Origin: Candidatus Cloacimonadales bacterium
GTDB taxonomy: Bacteria > Cloacimonadota > Cloacimonadia > Cloacimonadales > JAFGVF01
Reading direction: 5' to 3'
Assembly (NCBI GenBank): GCA_963678375.2
Contig: OY782831.1
Span: 1,087,030 to 1,151,029 of the forward strand
Length of the DNA: 64,000 nucleotides
Shown: piece by piece, positions 1 through 9,500 of the stretch
How positions within the stretch are numbered: position 1 is the first letter of the stretch
How the letters are laid out: each line of letters opens with the position of its first letter
Notes under the pieces: model-generated
Told to the model about the DNA's origin: nothing
Seen by the model: the letters and a program-made list of their open reading frames with translations, nothing else
Database searches by the model: none
Program-made: the position numbers and the translations under genes

Positions 1-1
1 A

Positions 2-370
2 GATATTACTGGATTTGGTTTATTAGGTCATTTAGTAGAAGTAATACAAAATTCTTCTCTTGGGGCCAGAATAGAGTATAAGAAAGTTAGTGTTCTACCT
101 GAGGTCCTTGATTTTGCAAAAATGGGATTAGTTCCTGCTGGAACCTACAACAATAAGAATTACCGGTCTTGTTTTATTAAAGACATTGATAAGCACCCTA
201 AAGAAGAAATGGATATTTTATTTGATCCTCAGACGTCAGGTGGACTCCTTTACGGAGTAAGAGCTGATCAGGCTCAGGCAATGCTTAATGAACTATTACA
301 AGCAGGAATTGATGCCTATATATGTGGAGAATTTAGTAAAGATATTAATAAAATTGAGCTAGAGTTTTAA
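2..370 (+). CDS. selD: Selenide, water dikinase (selenophosphate synthetase) SelD, C-terminal fragment; the 5' end lies outside the window
   Basis: The frame is open from the window edge. Translation DITGFGLLGHLVE...GLVPAGT...DPQTSGGLL matches the conserved SelD C-terminal region. Stop TAA at 368-370. Confidence 0.85.
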   Translation, partial: DITGFGLLGHLVEVIQNSSLGARIEYKKVSVLPEVLDFAKMGLVPAGTYNNKNYRSCFIKDIDKHPKEEMDILFDPQTSGGLLYGVRADQAQAMLNELLQAGIDAYICGEFSKDINKIELEF

Positions 371-616
371 ATGGTCTTTGTTATTACCTTTACATCTTCT
401 CATCAAGCTATGTTTGCTAATAAAGCAATTAGTAAGAATGATTTAGTATGTGAAGTAATCCCTACTCCTAGAGAGATAAGTTCAGAATGTGGTTTTTCTC
501 TCTTAATTTATTTAGATGATCAGGAGCATTTAAAGTTGTATTTAAAAAAAAATCAGATAAAATATGATAAAGTTTATAGAAAGAAAGGAGAATTTTATGA
601 AGATTGTAGATGGTAG
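371..616 (+). CDS. DUF3343-like small protein (putative Se/S carrier family, typically next to selD/yedF)
   Basis: 81 aa. The ATG directly abuts the selD stop. The 'IPTPREISSECGFSL' region resembles the DUF3343 core, and the gene sits between selD and yedF. Confidence 0.55.
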   Translation: MVFVITFTSSHQAMFANKAISKNDLVCEVIPTPREISSECGFSLLIYLDDQEHLKLYLKKNQIKYDKVYRKKGEFYEDCRW

Positions 617-1226
617 AAAGCTTGCCTGTCCTAAGCCAGTATTACTTACAAAAGAAGCTATAAGTAATCCAGAAACAAGTCAATTAGAAGTCATTGTTGA
701 TAACAAGGCCGCTCTTGAAAATGTTAAAAGATTTTTAACTAATTTTGGCTTTGAAGTATTAAAAGTAACTACTCACAGTATTAATAATGAATCTGAGTTT
801 AGGATTTCAGCTAAAAGAATAAACTCTAACAAAGCTGATACTGAGTTTGACGCTAATGATTACCCCTGCCCTGTCCCCCAAACTTCAACGAAAGGTAAAA
901 CTATATTTTTCAAAAGTGAGTACCTAGGTTTAGGTGATAACGATTTAGGAACTTTATTAATGAAGGCTTTTATTTATACTCTCAATGAAGTCGATATGCT
1001 CCCAGAAAGACTACTTTTCATGAACTCTGCAGTTAAGCTTTGTTTAGAGAATGCAATAACATTAGAGAATCTTCAAAAGTTAGAATCAAAAGGGGTTGAT
1101 ATTTTAGTTTGTGGAACTTGTTTAGACTTCTTTGGTGTTTCTGAACAGTTAAGAGTTGGCAAAATCTCTAATATGTACGATATAGCGGGTTCTTTGACAG
1201 GTGACCCAAGTGTTATTAGTATTTAG
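597..1226 (+). CDS. yedF: Selenium metabolism protein YedF-like (TusA/SirA-like N-terminal domain plus DsrE-like C-terminal domain)
   Basis: The internal ATG at 597 is preceded by AAAGGAG. The N-terminus reads MKIVDGRKLACPKPVLLTKEA (the TusA-type CPxP motif). The C-terminal half contains 'VCGTCLDFFG'. The track start at 564 lacks a ribosome-binding site. Confidence 0.7.
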   Translation: MKIVDGRKLACPKPVLLTKEAISNPETSQLEVIVDNKAALENVKRFLTNFGFEVLKVTTHSINNESEFRISAKRINSNKADTEFDANDYPCPVPQTSTKGKTIFFKSEYLGLGDNDLGTLLMKAFIYTLNEVDMLPERLLFMNSAVKLCLENAITLENLQKLESKGVDILVCGTCLDFFGVSEQLRVGKISNMYDIAGSLTGDPSVISI

Positions 1227-1231
1227 AATTA

Positions 1232-3574
1232 TCACTTTCGATTTTTCTTATACTCTACTGACCTTAATAATACTTCAGTAAGCTTATTAATACTGATAGG
1301 TTTTGAAAGATAGTCATTCATACCTGATTCGATATACTTAGCTTCATCTTCTGTCTTAGCATTAGCGGTAACAGCTACTATATATGGTTGATTAATACTG
1401 TTGTTATCTCTGATAATTTTCATAGCTGTAACACCATCCATTACAGGCATTTCAACATCCATCAGAATAACATCATAGCTATTTCTATCAGCTATCTGAT
1501 AAGCCTCTTCCCCATTAGCTACTAGAAGTGGATTATATCCCAGCTTTTTCATAATTGTCATAATCAGTTTTTGATTGATTTTGTTATCTTCTGCAATGAG
1601 TATCTCTAAAGGATTCTGCTCTGCGAAATTTTTATTGATTACGAAACGTTTTTTAGCAATATTATCACTTTTCTTAATTTCTTTTGAAGCAGGTGGAAGA
1701 TTCAATTGAATGATAAAAGTTGATCCTTTAGAATATTTGCTTTTCACAGTTACTTCTCCCTGCATAGCATCAACTAATCTTTTAACTATAGCTAATCCTA
1801 AGCCTGTTCCCCCTCTTTGATTTGTCACAGAAGATTTAGTTTGAGTGAATGGGTCAAACAATTTTTTTATTTCATTCTGTTTAATTCCAATTCCAGTATC
1901 AATGACAGAGAATTTATAATTATGTTCCTTATCAATTTTTTCGAAAGAGACAACAATCCCTCCTTTATCAGTGAATTTAATAGCATTATAAATTATATTT
2001 AAGAGAATTTGCTTTATTCTAGTCTTATCACCATGAAAGTAATTTTTCTCAGATTTATCATAGTCAAACCTTAAATAGAGTCCTTTTTCTCGTGACCTAG
2101 AAATCACAATAGTTTCTATATCATTAAACAAATCAACCAAAGAGAAATCTGTTTTTGCTAGCTTGAAATTAGTTGATTCTAGCTTAGAAAAATCTAAAAC
2201 ATCATTGATAACTTCAAGTAATGTATCACCAGAAATCTTTATTGAATTAACATAATCTTCTTGCTCATCATTAAGATTAGTGTCCCTTAATAGGTCAGTC
2301 ATACCTAAAATACCGTTTAAGGGTGTTCTTATTTCGTGACTCATAGTAGCTAGGAACTGGCTCTTTGCAATATTTGCCGCTTCCGCCTTTTCCGTTTGTA
2401 GTTTTAATTTATTCTGGAATTCAATAAATTTTGTTACATCTCGTGAGATAATAGAAATTCCAACTAATTCTTCATTATGGATAATTGGACTTGTAGATAA
2501 TTCTCTATAAATTGTCTTCTTTTCGTCTCTAATAGTAATAGTTTTACTGTCACCTACACCTGTAAAAGCACCCTCTATGAAGTCTCTATGAGCTTCTAGC
2601 TTAGAAATATCTTTACTTTCGTACAGATTCATACCAATCTCAATTTTAAAGCCATACTCTTCCAGCAAATGTTTCTGGTAGGATTTATTAAAATAGACTA
2701 CATTCCCAGCAATATCAAGAGAGATAATCATCTCATCAATACTTTCAAGTAAAGAATTCAGATACAGTTTAGTAGTCATTAATTCAGAACGAGTTCTTAC
2801 TTCGTCATCAATGTTCCTATAGATAGCATAAAGACCATTAGAGCCATCAGGAAACATCAGTTTAGTACTTACTAATGATACATTAATAGGGTGTCCATCT
2901 TTATGTAGCCTAATAAGATGTAGTTTTACTGTCTGTCTAAATTCTAAGTCTTTATTGATCTTCCTACCAGCTTCTCTATCTTGATCAGAGCAAATTGCAT
3001 CATCGATAGATTTCCCAATTAAATCTGCTTTTGTATAACCAAAAATACTTGTAAACATAGGATTAAGATTGATAACTATACCTTCTCCGGTAGTTAGTGC
3101 AATAGCCTCAGGAGCACTTTCGAAAAGAGTTTTAAATAGAACTTCTTGCTCAGCCAAACGGTCAGCCATAAGCTTATTTTTCTTTGAAATTCTTGTATGT
3201 TCAATAATTGAATTTATTGCAATAGGAAGTCTAAATGAAAATTTAGCATTACTGAGACTGTAGTCTTCAACGCCAAGAGCTAATAACTTTTTAACATCAT
3301 TGATTTTAGACTTCTCAACAAAGGCAAAAACTGGTATATTATAGCTATCAGAAGCTAGTAACTCAACAATCTTAAAACTAATTTCCCACTCTATATTGCA
3401 ATAGAGAATAGCTAAGTCGATTTGATTAGAATTAATAATTTGCATTAGAGTGTTTTTGTTGTTAGCACTGTAAGTTATTACATCTGGCAAGTCTATTTCA
3501 AGCCTCTCTAATACTAGCTCCAAATCTTTCTGAGCTTGATAAATTATTAATATTTTGTATTTTTCTCTTTTCAT
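1232..3574 (-). CDS. Hybrid sensor histidine kinase/response regulator (degenerate N-terminal receiver, PAS domains, HisKA, HATPase, canonical C-terminal receiver)
   Basis: H-box 'MSHEIRTPLNGILG'. ATPase G-boxes 'DTGIGI' and 'GGTGLGLAIV'. C-terminal receiver 'ILIAEDN...DVILMDVEMPVMDG...KP'. Confidence 0.85.
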   Translation of the reverse strand: MKREKYKILIIYQAQKDLELVLERLEIDLPDVITYSANNKNTLMQIINSNQIDLAILYCNIEWEISFKIVELLASDSYNIPVFAFVEKSKINDVKKLLALGVEDYSLSNAKFSFRLPIAINSIIEHTRISKKNKLMADRLAEQEVLFKTLFESAPEAIALTTGEGIVINLNPMFTSIFGYTKADLIGKSIDDAICSDQDREAGRKINKDLEFRQTVKLHLIRLHKDGHPINVSLVSTKLMFPDGSNGLYAIYRNIDDEVRTRSELMTTKLYLNSLLESIDEMIISLDIAGNVVYFNKSYQKHLLEEYGFKIEIGMNLYESKDISKLEAHRDFIEGAFTGVGDSKTITIRDEKKTIYRELSTSPIIHNEELVGISIISRDVTKFIEFQNKLKLQTEKAEAANIAKSQFLATMSHEIRTPLNGILGMTDLLRDTNLNDEQEDYVNSIKISGDTLLEVINDVLDFSKLESTNFKLAKTDFSLVDLFNDIETIVISRSREKGLYLRFDYDKSEKNYFHGDKTRIKQILLNIIYNAIKFTDKGGIVVSFEKIDKEHNYKFSVIDTGIGIKQNEIKKLFDPFTQTKSSVTNQRGGTGLGLAIVKRLVDAMQGEVTVKSKYSKGSTFIIQLNLPPASKEIKKSDNIAKKRFVINKNFAEQNPLEILIAEDNKINQKLIMTIMKKLGYNPLLVANGEEAYQIADRNSYDVILMDVEMPVMDGVTAMKIIRDNNSINQPYIVAVTANAKTEDEAKYIESGMNDYLSKPISINKLTEVLLRSVEYKKNRK

Positions 3575-3678
3575 ACTGTAAAAAAATACTATATTATATA
3601 TTTAGTCAAATTAAAAATATTATTAATTATGCTATTCAGAAATATATATTTAAAAAATTAATAAAACAGAGGTAAAAC

Positions 3679-4593
3679 ATGAAAAATTTAGTTCTTATAC
3701 TTGCTTTGCTAATACTAGTTCTAACAGCTTGTCAAAATGATAAACAGGAATCTGATAAGTATTATGTTAGTATTTTACCCCAAAAGTTCTTTGTTGAAAA
3801 AATCATTGGTGATAACTTTGACGTCCATGTTCTTGTAAAACCAGGTGAAAGTCCTGCTAGCTATGAACCAACAACGAAACAGATGATAGACTTAAGTAAA
3901 ACAAAGGCCTTATTCACTATTGGTGTTCCCTTTGAAAAAAGCATAATCCCTAAACTTAAAGAGCAATATCCTAACTTAGAAATCTTAGCTACAGATAAAG
4001 GGATAACTAAACACAAACCTGAGAGCTTTTTAGAGTTAATGGAGGATAGTCATTCTCACCATGACCATAATACTGAAGAAGCTACTAGTCATCATCATCA
4101 CGAAGGACTTGACCCTCACATCTGGCTAAGTCCTAGTTTAGTCCAACTACAAGTTAGAAATATTGCAGACTACTTTATTAATTCTTATCCACAAGATGCG
4201 GATTTCTATCAGGAAAATAGAGATACGTTTATTAAGGAACTTGATGAAGTTTCTCAAGAAATCAAAGCAATTTTCGCTGAATCTGAAAATAGAGACTTTC
4301 TCTGCTTCCATCCTGCTTGGGGCTATTTCGCTGATGAATTTAATTTAAAACAAATTCCTATTGAAATAGAAGGTAAAGAACCTACTCCTCAAGAACAGAA
4401 GAAAATCATCGATTTTGCTAAACATAAAGGGATTAAATTTATCTTTGTGCAAGCTCAGTTTGATCAGAATATTGCAAAATCTATAGCAGATGAAATTGAA
4501 GGTTCTGTAATTTTGATTGACCCTTTAGCTCAAGATTATTTAAGTAACCTAAAAAATATTGCTAGAAAAATAGCAGAAAGTATGGAGCAATGA
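3679..4593 (+). CDS. znuA: Metal (probably zinc) ABC transporter substrate-binding lipoprotein, ZnuA/TroA family
   Basis: Signal peptide plus lipobox (LVLTAC). His-rich loop 'HSHHDHNTEEATSHHHHEGLDPHIW'. A 4-bp ATGA overlap with the downstream ATPase gene. Confidence 0.75.
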   Translation: MKNLVLILALLILVLTACQNDKQESDKYYVSILPQKFFVEKIIGDNFDVHVLVKPGESPASYEPTTKQMIDLSKTKALFTIGVPFEKSIIPKLKEQYPNLEILATDKGITKHKPESFLELMEDSHSHHDHNTEEATSHHHHEGLDPHIWLSPSLVQLQVRNIADYFINSYPQDADFYQENRDTFIKELDEVSQEIKAIFAESENRDFLCFHPAWGYFADEFNLKQIPIEIEGKEPTPQEQKKIIDFAKHKGIKFIFVQAQFDQNIAKSIADEIEGSVILIDPLAQDYLSNLKNIARKIAESMEQ

Positions 4594-5318
4594 AAATTAT
4601 AGAATTTAATAACGTTTATTTCGATTACGATAATAGCCCTGCCTTGATTGATATTTCTTTTTCAGTAGAAAAGAATGATTTTGTCGCAATTGTAGGACCT
4701 AATGGAGGGGGTAAATCAACTCTTCTAAAGCTAATTTTAGCTCAGATTACCCCTTCTAAGGGTTATCTTACAGTATTCGGAGATAAGAACTTCAAATCAT
4801 TAGAGAAGATTGGCTATGTTCCTCAGTTCACAACCCACCAGCATGACTTTCCTCTAAAGTTGATTGATATGGTTTTACAAAGTAAATTAAGAAGTAAATC
4901 ATTCTTCACGACTTATAGCAAAAATGATAAAGATAAAGCAATTAACATCTTAGATATGCTAGGAATTGCTGATTTTAGAAATAAGTTTTTATCAGAGCTT
5001 TCAGGAGGTCAACGGCAACGAGCATTAATAGCTAGAGCCTTACTTGACGACCCTGAAGTTTTAATTTTAGATGAACCAACTGCCTCTGTAGATATCTCAG
5101 TTGAACAGGATATCTATGACATATTAAAGGCTCTAAATAAGAACATGACAATTCTATTAGTGACCCATGATGTCAGCTTTGTTTCTAAATATGTGAATAA
5201 GGTGTTTTGTGTTAACAAATATCTTCACTCTCATAGTCTTGACCAGCTGACAAATAATGATGCGCAAGAAGTTTATAACAAATCAATGAAAATGATTAAA
5301 CATCAGTGTGGATTATAA
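4590..5318 (+). CDS. znuC: Metal ABC transporter ATP-binding protein (ZnuC-like)
   Basis: Walker A 'GPNGGGKST', signature 'LSGGQRQR', Walker B 'LILDEPT'. Confidence 0.8.
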   Translation: MKIIEFNNVYFDYDNSPALIDISFSVEKNDFVAIVGPNGGGKSTLLKLILAQITPSKGYLTVFGDKNFKSLEKIGYVPQFTTHQHDFPLKLIDMVLQSKLRSKSFFTTYSKNDKDKAINILDMLGIADFRNKFLSELSGGQRQRALIARALLDDPEVLILDEPTASVDISVEQDIYDILKALNKNMTILLVTHDVSFVSKYVNKVFCVNKYLHSHSLDQLTNNDAQEVYNKSMKMIKHQCGL

Positions 5319-5320
5319 TT

Positions 5321-6124
5321 ATGGATTTTTTCACTTCCCTCTTTACTGTCTCTTTTCTTAGAAATGCCCTCTTAGCTGGTCTATTGGCTAGTATTGTATG
5401 TGGTGTAATTGGGTCTTTTGTCGTTGTTAAAAGAATTTCATTTGTTAGTGGTGCTATTGCTCATTCAGTTCTAGGAGGAATTGGTATCGCCTACTTCATG
5501 AACTTCTCCCCCACTATAGGAGCCTTTATCTTTGCAGTTCTATCAGCTATTTTGATTAGCATAATTAAGCAGAGAAAGAAGCAAAATGAAGATACTGTAC
5601 TAAGTGCCTTTTGGGCAGTTGGTATGGCTATTGGTATCATTTTTATGTCAATGACTCCCGGCTATAACTCAAATCTGATGACCTATCTCTTTGGTAATAT
5701 TCTGCTAGTAACTAATTCAGACTTGCTTTCTTTATTAATTCTAGTATTTGTAATTCTTGCTACAGTTCTTGTTTTTTATCGTCAGTTTATAGCTATGATT
5801 TTTGATGAAGAGTTTGCAAGGTTAAAAAAGATTAAAGTCAATTTTCTCTATACCTTACTATTAATTCTCATCTCTCTAAGTGTCGTTATTCTTATCAGAG
5901 TGGTAGGTATTATCTTAGTTATAGCTCTCCTTACACTTCCTGCTGCTATCTCTCGTCTTTTTAATAGATCAATAGGGGGGATGATGGTGTGGGCTTCTTT
6001 CTTAGGCTTAATCTTTACCTTTTTAGGATTATGGTTTTCTTATCTATTAAATCTGCCCACAGGTTCTGTAATAATCGTTTTGGCTGGTTTAACTTATATA
6101 ATAGGAACTCTCATTAAAAGCTAA
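5321..6124 (+). CDS. znuB: Metal ABC transporter permease (ZnuB-like)
   Basis: A polytopic hydrophobic protein directly after znuC. ATG 5321 is preferred over GTG 5306, which overlaps the znuC stop, but the start is uncertain. Confidence 0.7.
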   Translation: MDFFTSLFTVSFLRNALLAGLLASIVCGVIGSFVVVKRISFVSGAIAHSVLGGIGIAYFMNFSPTIGAFIFAVLSAILISIIKQRKKQNEDTVLSAFWAVGMAIGIIFMSMTPGYNSNLMTYLFGNILLVTNSDLLSLLILVFVILATVLVFYRQFIAMIFDEEFARLKKIKVNFLYTLLLILISLSVVILIRVVGIILVIALLTLPAAISRLFNRSIGGMMVWASFLGLIFTFLGLWFSYLLNLPTGSVIIVLAGLTYIIGTLIKS

Positions 6125-6455
6125 ATCTTAGCTATAATCATTTAATTTCCTCATCATTACTGTGATTTTTATTGCTTGATAATTACTATGCCCATGAAAT
6201 CCTAGGAGTTTATTGCGACACTAACAGTGAAGGAAGCATCACGAGCATAAGCATATCTCTCTCAATTACTTGTATAAAGTACTAAATAATACATAACTAG
6301 TTAATTCCCTCTGTTTTTTGTAGGGAGTCAATACAAATTCAATCCCAACTTTTGAGGGCATAGTCTTAGCATAGCCACAAAAGATGTAAGAATAATCTGC
6401 ACTCTTCACTAAGGCCATACTACATCATCTAGTTTAAAATTAGTTAAATGGATAT

Positions 6456-6490
6456 TAGAAAAGCCTACTCTTTAAAAAGAATAGGCTTGT
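6456..6490 (-). terminator. Rho-independent-type terminator downstream of the GLUG-repeat gene
   Basis: AAGCCTA (6461-6467) pairs with TAGGCTT (6482-6488). On the minus strand the stem is followed by TTTTCT. Confidence 0.5.
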
Positions 6491-6506
6491 TGTTAATATT
6501 TATATT

Positions 6507-9500
6507 TTAATCGTTTATTATTACGCGGAAGAAGGCTTTGGTATCATTTGCCTGAGTATCGTATTGTAGGTTTGAAGTTACTCCCAACTCAAGCCAACCC
6601 GGGTCATCATTAGCTAAAGGAGTATCTGCTTTAAGAACCTTATAGGTAGTTACACCTGGAACAGCATCCCATTCTATCCGAACTGTATTTGCATTAAGCT
6701 GGCTTATAATAGGATAGATATCTTGTTCAGGCAACTCAATATGTTCTCGTAAATATGGATAACCTGAGTTATAATAATAACTTTCATCAGCCATCCAAGT
6801 ACTATTGAAATCATAAACATAGTAGGTATTTACATAAGGATATGTCATCTGTGCTGTTGTTCGGGCATAACTACCAACAGAACCAAGCTGACCTGAAGTT
6901 TCTCCATTAAAATAATTATAAAGATACATATCATCGGCTGTAGTACCCGAACCGATCATGCCACCTGTATTGTTCGAGCCTGTTACTAAACCTGTAGAGT
7001 AACAACGATAAACACGAGAATTAGAGCTATAAACATTGCCTATTAATCCACCAACTTCTTCTATACCGGTAGTTTGGCTATGACTAAAAGAGTCATAAAC
7101 ATAACCTGCATTTAAATAACCTAATAAGCCACCTACGTAGTTAGAACCTTTGATAATAACGTTTGTATGGCATTCACTTATGGTTGAACTTGTAGTAGCT
7201 CGTCCCACTAATCCTCCAACATAATGATTACCCAGCAAATTACCTTGAGCAGAACAGAGACTAACTGTACTGCCACTTATCTGACCTGCAAGCAGTCCTG
7301 AATTGTTTTGTCCTGATATAACACCTGTAATATTACTTGAATTAATACCAGTACCTGAAGTTGCATAAGCAACAAGAGTCGCTACTTGGTTTTTACCATT
7401 CACATTAGCATCTGTTATATTCACATTCTCAATTAAAGCATCATAGCCGTAACCGAAAAGAGCTTGATAATCACTATTCGGGTTATTCACAACTAATCCA
7501 GAGATAGTAAAACCATTACCATTAAAGCTTCCCCGGAAATAATGACTACTATTATATCTTCCAATTGGAGTAAAACCAAGCCCCTGTTTCCAAATCACAG
7601 AAGAAGACATATCTATATCATTCATCAATTCATAATGACCATAATAATCTTGCCTCATAGCATCTAATTGACAAGCTGCAGTTATTTGATAAGGAAATGC
7701 TTCTGTACCATTACCAGTAAGCTCTGATAGGCTTACTTGCTCCATTGAAGTATAAACAGTAAGATCTTGGATCTCGGGATAAGTGTTAAATCCGGTAAAA
7801 TCCCAAACCTGATTGAAATTAAAATTACTATAAGTTGCATGGTTCTGCATCTGACTAGTACTTAATCCTGTTCCTGCAATGCTGCTATCCTGTCCTGAAG
7901 TCTGGATATCCCAGTAGCTGTAATAAACATTTCCATTGCTATTGCCACCTAGAAGCCCACCAACTTCATTATCTCCTTCCACTATTCCTGTAGAAAAACT
8001 TCGACTGATAACAGAACCGTTTCCGAATAAATAGCCAACTAAACCACCAACCTCATTGTAGCCATTAACGTTTACATGGCTAAAACAATCTACTACTTGT
8101 CCATTATATACATGGCCAGTCAGCCCACCAACGTTCTCATAACCTATGATATCCCCATTACTATGAGAATAATAGAGAGATGTTTGATTTATTGAACCAA
8201 CTAAAGCTCCAATATAATTTTCACCCACAACATTACTGTTAGATGAACAATATAAAATTGAGGAGTAGTTGACTTGACCAGCCATATCTCCCAAGTAATT
8301 CTGTCCTAATACCTCTCCTGAAGTATGGCAGTTATAAATACTGCTACTAGAAGCCGATGTTCCTATAAGACCACCGACATTATTTCTTCCATGTACATTA
8401 AAGTCTTCTAACCTGAGGTTCTTTATTTCTGCTCCACTTACATAAGCAAACAGACCTTGATAATCTTCAACTGGTTTATTTATCACCAGGCCGGTAATAG
8501 TAAAATCATTACCATTAAAAGATCCTCTAAAGAAATGATTACTTGAGCCTGCCCCTATTGATTCAAAACCTTGTCCATTGTTCCAAATTACAGAAGAGGT
8601 TATATCAATATCATTCATAAGCTCATAATGAGCGTAATAATCCTGTCTGATTGCATCTAAATGAGAAGCTGTGTAAATTTGATAAGGAAATGCTTCTGTA
8701 CCGTTACCGGTAAGCTCTGATAGGCTTACTTGAGACAAAGGGGTATAGATAGTAAGATCTTGGAAGATTGGATAAGTATTAGCTTCTGCGAAAGCCCAAA
8801 CTTGATCAAAATTATAATTACGATAAGTCCCTTGCTCATGCATTTGATTAGTGGTTAATCCTGTTCCTGCAACACTATTAGACTCTCCAGAACTTTGAGT
8901 ATCCCAGTAAGAGTAATAAACAGAACCACTATTGTTGCTGCCTAAAAGACCACCTACTTCTGTTTCTCCTACTACTATTCCTGTAGCAAAACTTCTACTA
9001 ATAACTGCATTACTACCAGATAAATAGCCTACTAATCCACCGACTTTCTCGATTCCGGTTACTGTAGAATGACTATAAGAATCTACTAGCTTTCCCTCAG
9101 TTATATAGCCTATCATACCACCAACTTCATTATTTCCTGTAATAGCACCATTACTATATGAGTAATAAACAGAGCTACCTAAGTTGTAGCCCACAAGGCC
9201 TCCAACATAGTCTGTACCCTCTAAGGAACCTCGGGCAGAGGAAAGTGTTAACTGTGAGTTGTATGTTGAACCAATAAGTAGTCCTGTACGCTCCTGAGAG
9301 CTCATTTCGCCATCAGAATGACAATTAAAAATACTTGAATTAGTTGAATAACCCGTTAGAGCTCCAACTTTATTCTGTCCTGTAATGTTAAAATCTACTA
9401 ATCTAACATTCTTGATATTTGCATAACTTATTGAAGCAAAAAGCCCAATATAATCTGTTTCAGGTTGATTTATATAAAGATTACTTATAGTAAAACCGGC

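Noticed and set aside
1817-3263. Track ORFs 1817..2002(+) and 3069..3263(+). The same class includes 10722..10916, 12669..13016, 13803..14118, 22541..22847, 24881..25172, 26640..26855, 31345..31662, 33362..34180, 35206..35862, 36137..36412, 43789..44010, 44667..44891, 49971..51689, 55228..56005 and 60418..60696.
   Set aside because: These are antisense or out-of-frame shadow ORFs lying wholly inside longer CDS that have clear family motifs. Their translations are low-complexity, and they have no ribosome-binding site.
6226-6238. SRP-RNA-like strings: GAAGGAAGCA at about 6228-6237 and CAGGTCAGG at about 34848-34856
   Set aside because: Each locus has only half of the conserved 4.5S domain IV motif (GGUCAGGUCCGGAAGGAAGCAGCC). 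There is no GNRA loop or complementary strand, so I treat this as coincidental.
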